A stretch of 58,161 bases of DNA, filler included, from Dirinaria sp. TL-2023a (lineage: Eukaryota), in NCBI GenBank assembly GCA_051941275.1. It is 2 parts of 2 records of this genome, joined end to end, with 100 filler letters (N's around TTAATTAATTAA, not from the genome) between each part and the next. Parts side by side here need not be neighbours in the genome. Positions count along the whole stretch, not along the records: positions 1 to 29,120 come from JAVEBF010000119.1; 1 more part is not named here. One strand, given 5' to 3'. Below, in pieces: positions 11,786 through 23,863 of this stretch; the stretch's first letter is position 1; every line of letters starts with the position of its first letter. The notes beneath the pieces are model-generated. The model was not told where the DNA came from. It was given only the letters and a program-made list of their open reading frames with translations, and ran no database searches. The position numbers and the translations under genes are program-made.

Positions 11786-13691
11786 ATGGATTCAGCCCCA
11801 GAAAACATAATCATTCTATCTGATGATGAGGATGACACTGGCAGCATTTTGTCTGCAAATAAGAAACCTCAGCCCCACAAGCCTCCAATCAAGAAGACCG
11901 CAGCCATCCCTAAGAAGACAGATATGCCTAGCCCTAGTCAGGCTGTGCGGCAGGGAGCCGGCGCTGCGTCCAAACCTGCTGCTATTTCACACGACTACCA
12001 GAAGCACACTGCTCAAGATACTGCTTCAGCCGCAGCCACAATGACCACTACCCAAGGTGGCATCGAAGAAAAGACTCCAGCAATAGCAGCTACTCAAGGG
12101 CAGAAACGCGCAAAGTCTTTTAGTGGGCTGTCGACTAGCACAGAGGCTGTTGGAGTTAGCTCGAGGTCTTCATCCGAGCCATGCGCCAGGAAAGTGACCA
12201 AGCTGAGGCTCACGCAGCCTAAACCACCTAGTAAGACCTTTCCACCTAGACACAAATTTCCTTTCTAACTTTCTAATGATCTTATAGAAATGCCTGAAAA
12301 GTCCACACGTGTCCGAACATATCTCAGAGCACCTACAATCACCGGTAAGGAGATTCTTTGCGGTAGTTTTTGTACCGATCTGATCATGATATAGAGCCGT
12401 GCCAAGCATCCATAGAAGTTCAGGCCGATGTCCAAGAGCCCAAGGTCACTGGTAAGAATAGGAGGGCAGATGGCCTTTTTTACCTGTCTGATATCACATA
12501 GAGTTACCCAGAAAGTCTCCCCATGCTCAAACTGATGGCCGAGCACCAAGACTTGTTGGTACGAATCTCCGTGCAGACAGTTTTTGGCACCTTTCTGATG
12601 ATGTCACAGAGCCGCCGCAAGCACCCACAGAGGCAGCATACTCTCAAGCACCGAAGAGTAATGGTTAGGAAATTCGTGCCGAAAATTCTTTGTACCTCTC
12701 TAATCGTCTCATAGGAGTGACCGAAAACTCAACACCGGCCTCAGCAGTTTTTCGAGCGCCTGTAGCCTACATGGAACCACATAAGAATGCTGCTGCTGCT
12801 GCTACAGCAGAAGCATCCTGTTATATCCAGACCGCAAAAACACCAAGATTACCAGAGACTTCTCCTATTACTCCAAGCGTATTGAATAATAGTGCGAAGG
12901 CTCCGACTGCAGTCCAGTCCACACAACGCATTTTCAACCGCGGTCCTCGGTCAAGCCCGCAGCCCAAACAGTCAAACCTGGGTAACGTCCCGGGAAAGCG
13001 TAAGCCCGTGGGAGATCTCACGAGCAATGCCAAACGCATAAAATTGACAAACCCAGCTCCCGTGACGAAGACTAATAGCGTTTTGTGGTCTGTGCCAGCT
13101 TATGAGCCGGGCAAAGAAACGACGACGACGGATGAGAAAAAGCCACCTGCTGTCTCGAGGTCCCAGCCCTTCTTACCAAAGCCATCCCCCTTCAGCGACT
13201 CTCCAAGCAAAGATCCTAGTACCGGCGCAGCCTCCGACTGCAAAGACAACGCCACCAAAAACCCCTCCACTGCAACCACTCCAGCGAAGCCAGCCAAGAA
13301 ACCCCGCGCCGCGCCCTGGACCTGCGCCCAACTGTCGGACCTCGGCAACACGATCCGGCTCTCGGTGCCGTGGGAGGAGTTCGCGGAGCGCAGCAACAAG
13401 ACGGTATCCGAGTGTCTGCAGCTCTACTCCGTTGTGGTCGGGATGCCGCTCATGGATTTCCAAGACAAGACCCTCAACCGGGCGAAGATGGCCAAGTTCA
13501 GCGAGCGGAAGAAGGCGTACAGCGATATGGAGAAGGAGGCGAGGAAGATCCATAGAGAAGAGGCGAGGCTGGAGAGGAAGGCGGAGAAGGAGCGTGCGAA
13601 GGCGGAGGGCAAACAGAAGGCCAAAGCGGCGCAGGAAGATAGGCCGGATAGTGGGATGGGGTTTCCATTTGGAGCTGGCATGGGAGCGTAA
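11786..13691 (+). CDS. Multi-exon low-complexity protein with N-terminal SIM-like motif, C-terminal Myb/SANT-like domain and coiled coil
   Basis: ATG 11786 (MDSAPENIIILSDDEDD); first intron 12231..12287 plus several short exons; last exon has PWTCAQLSDL...VPWEEFAERSNKTVSECLQLY and an E/K/R-rich helix. Confidence 0.7.
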
Positions 13692-14243
13692 AATGGTACG
13701 CTTGATAATGGATCAAGGATGTGGTTCTCTGAGAATATTGTGTTTGTTGACTCGTTTCCTTGCTCCTTTACCTGAGGCGAGTTATAGCAAAGGATTTCCA
13801 TGGCCCAGAAAGCGAAGAAGCGGAATCGTACATTATATGATACGGAAGATACCGCGTATCCCCAAAATCCGTACGCAGACACATATCCCCCGTACCGCTG
13901 ATACAAAGACTCATACACATCGCATCTCGAGTGAAGAATTAGTGAAACGGTCACTCACTGCCTGGTGCGTCAGAATCTTTAAAATCCTTATCCATAACCA
14001 CGCAATCACTCAATACCTATTCCTCTTTTATGACTCCCCGACTCCGCCACGTGCATGAATCATTTCCAAACCATCCCCCCTCGTTGCCTCTATCACCATG
14101 AACTAATTTAAAGAAAGAAAAGATATCTGCCTCATTTCTCCCCCCTGAAAACATCCAAAAGCACTCACATTCTTTTTCTCGAAATAAATACGCTGCCGCA
14201 GAAAAGCGAGGGAAAAAGGGGAAAAAAAAAAAAATAAGCAAGA

Positions 14244-15566
14244 ATGAGTTCCTTCATCGACGACGTACTCGGCACCCCGCGGCGCCGGACCAAAAGCCAC
14301 GGCCGCTCGCCCCTGTCCACGCCTCCGCTGCAAAGGGCCACGAGCCCGGATATATTCCACAGCGCGCTCGCGGTTCCGACGCGGGCGAGTTTGGCTCAGA
14401 GTTCGAGTTCGAGTTCTGCGACTGCTGCTGCTCCGCAGGGGGAAGTTGGTGGTGGAGGTGGTGCAGTGAAGGAAAAAGAACTAGAGAGTGGTGGAGTGGT
14501 AGAGTTGTCGACGGCGGGAGAGGTACCGGTTGTTGCGGAGGTGGATGGTGCGGGGACGGGGACAGAGGTGCGCGAGAAGGAGGAGGGTTCGATACCGGTT
14601 GCGGAGGTCGAAGGCCAGGGATCTGAGGTGCCGGCGAAAGATGCAGAGACAGAGCCTGATACACTGCATATTATACAGGAGCCTCTGCCGATTGTTCATG
14701 CTACGCCAGCGATATTGATTGGGATCGCGGGCTGTACGTCGTCTGGCAAAAGCGTGCTGAGTCGTGTATTGGAGAGTGTGCTGCCGCCTTCTACGCCGAG
14801 GTTCGTCATCCATCAGAACGACTTCTTTGTGCCGGAACATCTCCTCGTTCCCTCCGGCAGTGATGGGAAACTTGATGCCGATTGCAGGGAGGCGGTTGAT
14901 TTCAAGTCCTTGGCGCGCGTGATGAAGTATGCCAAGAGAGAAGGGGGTTTGCCTCCCGGTTTCCGGACGAGGCAGGATGAAACTTATGACCTGGAGCAAG
15001 TGAGAGGGATGGTGAATGAGGCGACTATCGATGAACTCAAGATCTTGCTTGCGGATTCGGCGGTGCTGGAGGAAGGGCAGCCTGTGGGGATTGTGGATGG
15101 GTTCTTGCTGTATTCCGAGCCGGAGATCAGGGGTTTATTGGATGTGAAACTCTTCCTTAGGACTACGAAGGATAAAGCCGGGATTAGGAGATTTGAGAAA
15201 CTTGAAGGTGTGGGAGGTGGTGCTGGAGAAGACTTCTGGATGACGAGGGAGTATTTCGACACCATGGTTTGGCCGAATTATATCCTGGAACATGCCTCGC
15301 TGTTCAGAGATGGGAACGTTGAGGGAGAGCCGTTGTTCGATTTGTGCGAGGGTCTTGCGATCTCCATGCAGCCTGAGCTTGAAATGAAAGCCGAGGAGAT
15401 TGTGCGATGGGCGGTCAATACCATTGTTGGGAGGCTCCGAGCTTTGAGCTTGGGCCAATCGCGAAGTCTTGATCCTGAAGAGGTCCTGCCGGGAAAATAT
15501 GAGCTGTGCAATTGTGGCGATGGCTGGATCGGACATGTCAGACGATTTCTATGTGAACATGTTTGA
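14244..15566 (+). CDS. Nicotinamide riboside kinase-like P-loop protein (divergent)
   Basis: IGIAGCTSSGKS P-loop, IHQNDFF, IVDGFLLY, LLDVKLFL, YFDTMVWPNY; acidic/disordered N-terminal extension. Confidence 0.85.
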   Translation: MSSFIDDVLGTPRRRTKSHGRSPLSTPPLQRATSPDIFHSALAVPTRASLAQSSSSSSATAAAPQGEVGGGGGAVKEKELESGGVVELSTAGEVPVVAEVDGAGTGTEVREKEEGSIPVAEVEGQGSEVPAKDAETEPDTLHIIQEPLPIVHATPAILIGIAGCTSSGKSVLSRVLESVLPPSTPRFVIHQNDFFVPEHLLVPSGSDGKLDADCREAVDFKSLARVMKYAKREGGLPPGFRTRQDETYDLEQVRGMVNEATIDELKILLADSAVLEEGQPVGIVDGFLLYSEPEIRGLLDVKLFLRTTKDKAGIRRFEKLEGVGGGAGEDFWMTREYFDTMVWPNYILEHASLFRDGNVEGEPLFDLCEGLAISMQPELEMKAEEIVRWAVNTIVGRLRALSLGQSRSLDPEEVLPGKYELCNCGDGWIGHVRRFLCEHV

Positions 15567-15619
15567 AGCTCCTCTCTTTGGTGGTGAACCTCTGGTGGAA
15601 TGCAGCTATAAGTCTGGCT

Positions 15620-17730
15620 TTACCATGTCTCTTGCTTGTATCTCCCTTCTTTTTCTATAGCCTGTAGAAATGCTTCTGCATCTCCCTGGTGCATGTTTCC
15701 ATGGCGTTTGAAGACTTCTGTGAGGGCGATTCTTACGCTCTGAGGCATCTTGCCAGATGATCCGCACACGTATACGATCCCTCCGCCTCCGTGAAGTAAG
15801 CGATAGACAAGTTCAGATTGCTCCTTGATAAGATCCTGGACATAGATCTTGTTGGTCTGATCACGGGAAAAAGCTGGGATAACTTTGAGTGGCATCTTCT
15901 GCTGTAGATGCTCCCATTCGTTGCGGTAAAAGTAGTCGGCATCTTTCTTTCGGCACCCGAAGAACAACACCATCTCCGCTATGACACCTTCCTGATGATC
16001 AACATCATCAACATCATCGCCATCTGTCTGAACCTTCGTCGCCCACTGAAGGCGTTCTAGGATGAGAGATCTTATAGGCGCAATTCCAGTCCCAGGGCCT
16101 ACCATTATAATCGGTCGCTTAGCCTGCGCTTGAGTGATGCCAAGGCTCCCTTTCTGTAGCTTCACGAACAATTCAGAGCCTGGAAGTAATGTGGCCAGAT
16201 AGCGAGTACACACCCCCTGTCTGATTTTCTTGATCACCGTCTTGTACTTCACAATGGCCACCAATAATTCAAACCTAGCGTTGCCTTGGGCATTGCTCTT
16301 GAGCGCGCCACCACTGGCGATGCTGAATTGACGGCCACGAAGCTCGGGTAATACATCCACCACCCTCTGCCAAGGAATCTTGATGGACTCGAATTCTTGC
16401 AAAACTTCTAAAATACTTCGTCTTGGTCTGGTTGTATAGTCGTAAAGTTCATCGATATACTCGGGCTTGGTGAACTCAATCAACCGCTCCTTGTGCATCT
16501 CGTTGCTGGTAAAGTGTGCTACCAACGAAAAAAATGATCGCTTCGGAATGGCATTCAGATCCAGGTATCTCGACAATAGCTTTCGCAAAGTCATTGGCAA
16601 GGCTGAAGAATCAAACGAGATTGGGGGCGGCTGATTCAGGCGTATTTCCGGGTTCGACGATGTGGGAACAAGGTTCAACGGCTTATCGGCGACCGATTCC
16701 CAGTGCATTGCTGTCAAAAGCTGATCTACATCGTCTTTGGGATTATGAGGGTATATGGTCAAGACGTCTCCAGGTTCATAGGCAATTGGTAAGAGGCTCG
16801 AGAAGAATAATGACCTGACATCCTGCCAATGATCGGCCGAGGTGACCCTAGAGTTTTCTTGAAGGATAACTTTCAGCATCCCATCGCCTCCATTGGCACA
16901 TCGAGCTGTCTCGCCATTGGACAAATCGTCAGCGCTCGTTGCGCTATTTGATAGACAAGAATTATTGACGCCAAATGTTTCACGCCCGGCATGGTCTGGT
17001 AAACTTCTGTTGAGATGACTGCCGTCCTTCTCAGCAAGCTCAAGGATCCACTTCGGTTCCAGCAGTGTCTCCTCCGGGATAGGCTCCAAACCGGGCTCCA
17101 AGGGGAATGTTTCCAGAAGAAGACGTCGTAAGTCGGTCGACCAGGGCACAAAAGAGGCATCCAATCTGTGATGTGTTAGCCTTTTATCATTACTGCCGAT
17201 TCATGCCCACTCACCCCTCCTCGTGCTGCTCGTCGGCTTCACCTCGAGGATACAGCTCATTGGCACCCAATTGCACTAATCGTTTATGTATCTTTCGAGC
17301 CGCCCAGTTGTACCTATACAAATCAGCAGGGAAGGATTTGGAACTTATGATATTTACTTAGGATAGGAGCTATCTCCGAGGCCGAAGGTGCTGAATTGAG
17401 TATTCTGCAGCAAGTCCGCAGGCAATTTACGCCGGAGCAGAGATTTCCAAAAGCGCTGGGCATTGACCGGTAAATCACCTTGGCCAGTAGTCGAGATCAG
17501 TATTACGACGATTGTATATTCATTCAGCGCTAACTATGAGAACATCAATACATCAATCTGACACCCTTACGAGCTGCACGCACAGGTTCAACAGCATCTA
17601 GATGAGATACAGAGGCCCAGAAATGCAGCCGCTCAATCATGCAACCTAACTCATGGGCATAGTCCAAAGCATTGCCAGTCTCTGATCCGTAGAGTACTAG
17701 AGCTGATCTCCTTTGTGGCGAACCATCCAT
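15620..17730 (-). CDS. TAH18: NADPH-dependent diflavin oxidoreductase 1 (Tah18/NDOR1)
   Basis: VLYGSETGNA flavodoxin loop, HWQDVR, RQFSIAS, GPGTGIAP, FFGCR, YVCGSSGKMP, C-terminal GRYKQETW; several short 5' exons. Confidence 0.95.
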
Positions 17731-18472
17731 GGGTGGCTGAATGAAGGGTCTGACTTGGAAGAGCCAGGTGGCAACCCCCTTGCCACCACTTTCCAGCCAG
17801 GAGAACTGGATCCGAGTCTGTCCTCAACCAATATCAATCCCGTGTTCTGGCTGATGCGCAATTAATATTCTACACTGAGATAATACAATTGAGGTACGCC
17901 TGTAACTGTTATGATCTGGTTCTGGTATGCGACACTTGTGCATAGTCTGCTTTGTGTATAGAGAGATTCTGTGTATAGAAATTTGGTGTAGGGATACTTA
18001 CTCTCACTTCCGCTCCATCTCAGCGGAGGAATCTACACACATTTGTGAGTCGCGGTCAAGTCGCGGTGAGTTGCATGTGATTCCCAGTCACAGTGTCTTC
18101 ACTTGCGTTGAGTGATGGGAAGGAGCCACTCACTCTATTCACCTCATTCACCGGTTCCAGCACTTGGCCGGATTCGGTTAAGCCTCCTTCACTAGCGTCC
18201 CTCATCCATAAATTTCTGGAGCTGCACCTCCTTCCTCTTACTTCTTCCACTCCCAACAACAAGACACTGTCCACGACAACAACTTTTCTCAAATCTTTCA
18301 AGCACCTCTTCTAGGGCACCTAGCTACCCTTCCACCCCCTCAATCAAGCATTTCCACAAAGGCCTCAATTCCCGCCTTTGCACGAATAAACAATTCGGCA
18401 ACATTTCGGCAGAACCCAATCCAAAGTTCAAGTGCAAGTCTTTGTACAAGACAAATCCCAAGTCTCAACACC

Positions 18473-19729
18473 ATGTCTGCTGCAGTTGATACCGTTGCCG
18501 ACTCTTTGGCCAATACCCACATTGCACCAGTGGCACCTATCGGTGCAAACAATGTCACTGGTGGTGAACCCATCAATGCTGCTGAGAATGAAGCAGTCAT
18601 TGCCAGTGCCGCCGAGGGTCGTCGTCTATATATTGGAAATCTCGCATATGCGACCACTGAGGGGGACCTCAAAGAATTTTTTACGGGCTACTCGATGTAA
18701 GCATTCGGCGAAAACATTTTTTGTCGGCAAGTACAACATTGAATTGGCGACTAACAGCCTTTCAGTGAGTCCACTTCTATCCCACTCAATCCTCGCACCA
18801 CTCGTCCTGTAGGCTATGCCTTTGTCGATCTCTCGACCGCCGATGAAGCTCAGAAGGCTATCGGCGATCTCTCTGGCAAAGAAATTCTAGAGCGTAAGGT
18901 TTCAGTTCAGCTCGCTCGTAAGCCTGAGACCGCCGCCGAGAAAGCAGAGGCTGCTGCTAGTGGAGGCGAGGGTGTCAGCGGTGGGGAAGGAGGACGTCGT
19001 CGGAGCACTGGTCGCGTTCGTGGACGCGGTCGTGGACGTGGGGGCCGTGGTGGTCGTGGTGGCCGTGGTCCAGTAAGACATGATTTCCTGATTACTTGTG
19101 CTGTGACTAACCAGTGACAGCGTCAGAATGCCGCCGACGCCGCTCCGACCGAAGCCCCTGCTCAAGCTGAGCCCCTTGCCGAGAAGACGAACGGAGCCAC
19201 AACTGAACAAGCTGCCGAGACTACTGCCGACTCTAAGTCGCGTACCCCTAGGCAGCCCCGTCAGCGTGGTCCTCCTGAAGACGGCATCCCCTCCAAGAAC
19301 AAGGTCATGGTTGCCAATCTCCCGTATGACCTTAGCGAAGACAAGGTACCCCCGTAGATCCGCCACTGTTGTCGAGTTTCACTGACCCATTCGTAGCTCA
19401 AGGAACTCTTCCAAGCCTACAACCCGTCTGCTGCCAAGATAGCACTGCGTCCCATCCCCCGCTTCATGGTCAAGAAGCTTCAAGCCCGTGGTGAGCCTCG
19501 TAAAGGCCGTGGCTTCGGTTTTGTGTCTCTCGGTTCCGAAGAATTGCAGCAAAAGGCAGTCAGCGAGATGAACGGAAAGGAGGTCGAGGGTCGCGAGATC
19601 GCCGTCAAGGTCGCCATCGATAGCCCTGGCAAGGAGGACATCGATCCCGAGGCAGCCGGTGTTGAGCCTTTGACCGAGAACGGCGTCATCCAGGCCAACG
19701 ACCCTCCCGCTGCCACAGTTGCTGCTTAA
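18473..19729 (+). CDS. Two-RRM, RGG-box RNA-binding protein (Sbp1-like)
   Basis: RLYIGNL RNP2, GYAFVD RNP1, RGRGRGGRGG linker, second RRM (MVANLPY, RGFGFV); three introns. Confidence 0.9.
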
Positions 19730-20651
19730 GTCGCTTTGGGTTTTGTAGTCAGCCGGCTTTTAGGTTGACTTACATACCTGACGAACAATAGGAGATGGAA
19801 CGGCGGATTTTGGTGGCGAGCAAATTTTCATAGGTGGTTATTCGCAGCATTTATGGCAGTCCGGCGTGTGGCGGGATAGAAAGCGTCCTTTTTAAGGTGC
19901 TTGAATCTTGCCCTCTGCAGGGTATGCAAGATACTTTGCATGTATTACCACATTACTACGAATCTTCTATTACCGTGGCAGCTGGCTATGGTTTGGGGGT
20001 GATGACACATGTATTTCTAGCTAGACGGCGGGAGTGGTGATGAAAAGCTTGCTACTTGATCGAGGCACACCTTAATGACAGCCTCTAGAAATTCGGTTCC
20101 CTTTACTATTTGCCCTTTTTTACAATCCGAGATGCAAACTCAAAATGTGTTGTTGCCTTCAAATATCAAAGGTTTTTTTTTTTTATTTTTATCTTTTTCA
20201 TTTTTCTTTTTTGTTTTCTTTTTATCTTCCCTACACTCTTGTCTCCCTCATTGATTTTAAATTATATATAACACGAAGTGCCAGTTGTTGCCCGAAGGTT
20301 TGAGCGATCCACTTGGTAGAAAAGAAACGGCTTAATGCCAATCTTTTCACCCATATCATACCTAGGGTTACCATAGAATATGGTGGTGCTCACCTCAGGG
20401 TCCACCCGAGTGGTGTTTGAACCCTGAAGAAGCCCTACTCCACCTATCTTTGCAAACAGCACCTCACCAAACAAGAGAGATCATGAGCCTAGAGTTTAAC
20501 GATGTCATCGTCGCAAGATTCATAAGAACAGTAAATCTACCCCAACTTCAATTTTGATATGAGATCGAGAGAACGTCTATTATCATACTAGGTCAATCCC
20601 CGAATCAAAATGTTCGGCAGCCCTAGAGGAGTACCGCTTATGATGTGTATT

Positions 20652-21385
20652 CTAAACTGAATGATTCGCATCTCGAACCATTGTTTCAATATATGTTCCT
20701 TCCATCTCAGGAAAGGCTTCCTTGTCAACATAATTGTGCTTATCAATTGTCCGGAATCCATGTTTCTCGTACAATCCGTATTTGACAGCGGTACCACTGC
20801 TTTCAACCATAGCTCTGCAGCCTTTCTCATCGATAATACGGGCAGCCCACTGCAATAACATTGTTGCTGCGCCCTCTCGCTGGCGAGCGGGATCCGTACC
20901 TAAAGCCTGTAGATCTGCGTAGGTCAGACATCGGAATAAGTCTACTCTCTTTTATAGGTGTGCAAGCATGTCAGGTGCTTACAGCAGTAGGGGCCGGGCA
21001 ACTGCAACTCTCTGAAGCCACGCCTTCGGTTGTTCTTCGTATTGAAGAACCACTCCACAAACGGTCGGTACTCGCTATCGACGTGGGGAAAGCGGATCTC
21101 ACTGTCTTTGGCGCCAGTTAATGGGTTTCCATCAAACATGGGCATCGTGGCAAAAGCGCATATCTGTCCCGTGTCATCGTCGACAACTTTTGCAACTTTG
21201 ACATCGGGTCTCGTCCATCCCAGAGATACTTTGAATCGCGCTACGTTCTGTGATCGAGCAGAATCCTCGAGTCCGCCAGGGTAAAGTTCTCTCAGGACGG
21301 GCTCATTGACGAAGGCTTTGTATTGGATCAGAAATAATGGTTCGAAATCCTCGACTTCTATAGTCTCGCTGAGGGAGAAAGACAT
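20652..21385 (-). CDS. GNAT family N-acetyltransferase
   Basis: Intron 20982..20915 joins exons to give YLQALGTDPARQREGAATMLLQW (motif A) and GLYEKHGF (motif B). Confidence 0.9.
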
Positions 21386-22276
21386 GCCGATTTCAATATC
21401 TGCGTCATGTCACAATGCTAGTGCATAGTAACAAAGATCGATGCTTGTGGGAAATACGAAGTTATGGACTCTTCCTGAACAGGTCACGATTAGGTAGGAT
21501 TCATCGGCTGCTCAACAACTTCGGGCAGTGCATGGCGCGAAAAGTCCGATAAAGATCTTTACCAGAGAAGATCAGAGAAGTTTCATATGCGTACATGCAT
21601 TAAGATCCCCCTATGACATAAGTATCTGTACGAGTACAGAGAATGACGCCGTAAGTCCTGGTTAGCGCTGTCAGCTCACCTAGTGTGGATAAGCTGAAGA
21701 CCCCTGCCCTTAAAGGACCCCTGGGACACCCGGACGAGGCAAATTGCTATCTACTTAGGATGCAGCTGTGCTCGCCAAAGCGCACCTGTAGGTGGTCACC
21801 TACACCACCTAGTCTTGGCAGGCATTGCGCAAGCCAGACCTATCGGCATCGTTCTTCATACCTGGAGCCGCCCAAGCTGCCTGCAGCCCACTTCCAGCTC
21901 CACTGCACGATATGCCTTGTTTGTAGGGTCTTCCCAGCTGCATTTTGGTTTCACGAGAAGCTCGGTAAAATAGGGGAAGCTGGCGAAGTACGCATGGGAC
22001 CATCCACCACGGACCACCTGTTTTGGCAATTGCGCCGGTACGAGGCCCTACGACAACTGCTTGCGCTCCGGATCGACAATTATGTGCAAACCGTGCCGTA
22101 TTACCAAAGTCGGCTGGAGTCCGTTTGCAAATCGGTGAAACAACCGAATATCAAGCATTTGATGCTAGAGCAATTAAAAGGCTGGACACCTTCGCGGGAA
22201 AGAGTCTCGGAAATCAACACACATACTCGCTCAGGGCCACATAAACAGAATAAGCAGCATCCAAGTCGAAATTGAA

Positions 22277-22555
22277 ATGCAGTTGAAGCAATACATTCTG
22301 AGCTTGCTCATTCCCAGCATTGTGGCTATGGCTTTACCCGCAACAAGTCAGTATTGTCTTCAAACATCGGTGATGTTGTTAGACTGACTTGAAGCGAACG
22401 TAGATAGTACAACCGCTCCCCAACCCCAAGAGAGCAGACATCTTCCCCCCGGTATAGAGGCTTTCAACGGGATAAGTGCGTATACTGGAGATGTCGATGC
22501 ACTTTGGTACGTAGCAAATCGCGACTTGGAATAAACCACGGCTAATCTCGAAAGA
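22277..22555 (+). CDS. Small secreted peptide (~57-66 aa), candidate RiPP precursor
   Basis: ATG 22277, MQLKQYILSLLIPSIVAMALPAT signal peptide; intron 22347..22403 (GTCAGT...CTGAC...TAG); exon 2 NSTTAPQPQESRHLPPGIEAFNGISAYTGDVDAL; C-terminus depends on a second intron ending 22554. Confidence 0.65.
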
Positions 22556-22955
22556 CATTGATTGATTCCCCTTAGTATTTGGGAAGATAGCTCCGGCAGG
22601 AGGCTTGAATTCGGAGGCTTGGAATCTGAAGGATGTTGGAACGAGATCCGCAAGCAGTTCGAGTGATCACATACCGCATTAGAGAAGGCGTATGGACTGT
22701 ACAATAGCACATTCATTTTCTATCTTTTGAACCATGGCCGTTCTTTAGCCATTTAGTATACTTGTTTAGTTTCATCCACGTGTGGGACAAACATCGATGT
22801 TTTCGAGCGTTCTAGACTTTGTTGCTCTTATTTGTTGGTGCATCTCGGTCCAAATCATAAAGCCTGGGCCACCAGATGCTGGTGCGAGAAGATTTCGAAA
22901 CCATACTTCATAGAAAACGTATTCAGCGCAGATGATGATTTTAGAAGCCATTCAA

Positions 22956-23863
22956 TTAATCTGCGCCCAGCCTCTCCCCCGGGTTGCGTCCGTTAGGACA
23001 GTGCTTAAAGCTCTCGAGCGGAATCCCGTCCTCCAACGTCTCTACCGGTCGATACCGGTAACAAGCAGAGTGTTCCTCCGCCCAGCGCTCCAACTTCTTC
23101 CAGTCCCTGCACATCCTGACCTGACCAAGTCCGGAGGAAGGGACCTTGGGATTTTTCGGAAGGAATCCCGTGTACCGGGGCGTATCGTCCGCATTACACA
23201 TGATATCCTGTCTGATAGCATCCAAACAATGGTTCACGTGCGTGAAATGCATAGTCTGCGGCACCTTGTCGTGCATCTCCGTGAGAGCGGTGCGTATAAT
23301 GATCTGCAGCACTTTAGTGGAAAGATGGAATAGGTTTGAAACTGGTGTTTTAGGAAGCGTACGAGACAGTGCAGGTTATGGTGGCTCTGCAGCAGGTAAA
23401 GGCCCTTGGAGCTGTCCCACGGCCACCGCTGAGCCTCGGGAATGCCTGTCTTGGCCACCATGTCGTCGCTGATGGCGACCAGACCCGCGTCCGGGTTTAT
23501 ACTCTTCCACGCTTCGTCCCAGATACTCCGGTTGTGGCTCGCGAAATCACTGTCGTCGTTAAATGCTACGGGGACGTTGCGCTCGAGGCCAGCTGCAGGA
23601 TTTGAGTCAATTGTGTTCTATGTTGTAAGTACAAGCATCCTACCATAAGCTGTCTTGCTATGGCAAGCCTTGTCGGTGGTGCGCGTGATGTGTAGGATGA
23701 TCCAAAGACCGTTTGCAGAGAGGGACAGAAAGAGAATGAGTAGACAGGTGCCAGCGAGTAAAGAGTGTCGGCCGGTTGTCCGGTAATGATACGCGGCCAG
23801 GGAGTTGCTATCGTCGTCGGATGGATTGTCGTCTGATATAAGTTGATACTCTTTTGAAGACAT
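22956..23863 (-). CDS. UstYa/DUF3328 family oxidase (HXXHC x2)
   Basis: N-terminal TM helix (CLLILFLSLSANGLWIL), AQRWPWDSSKGLYLLQSHHNLHCL, HVNHCLDAIRQDIMCNADDTP, GQVRMCRDW; two introns. Confidence 0.92.

Noticed and set aside
13102..14058. 318-aa Arg-rich ORF
   Set aside because: Alternative frame of a GC-rich exon of the 11786 gene
21685..22275. 196-aa ORF inside the cassette
   Set aside because: GTG start, no motifs, and it covers the probable promoter/5' UTR of the 22277 peptide gene
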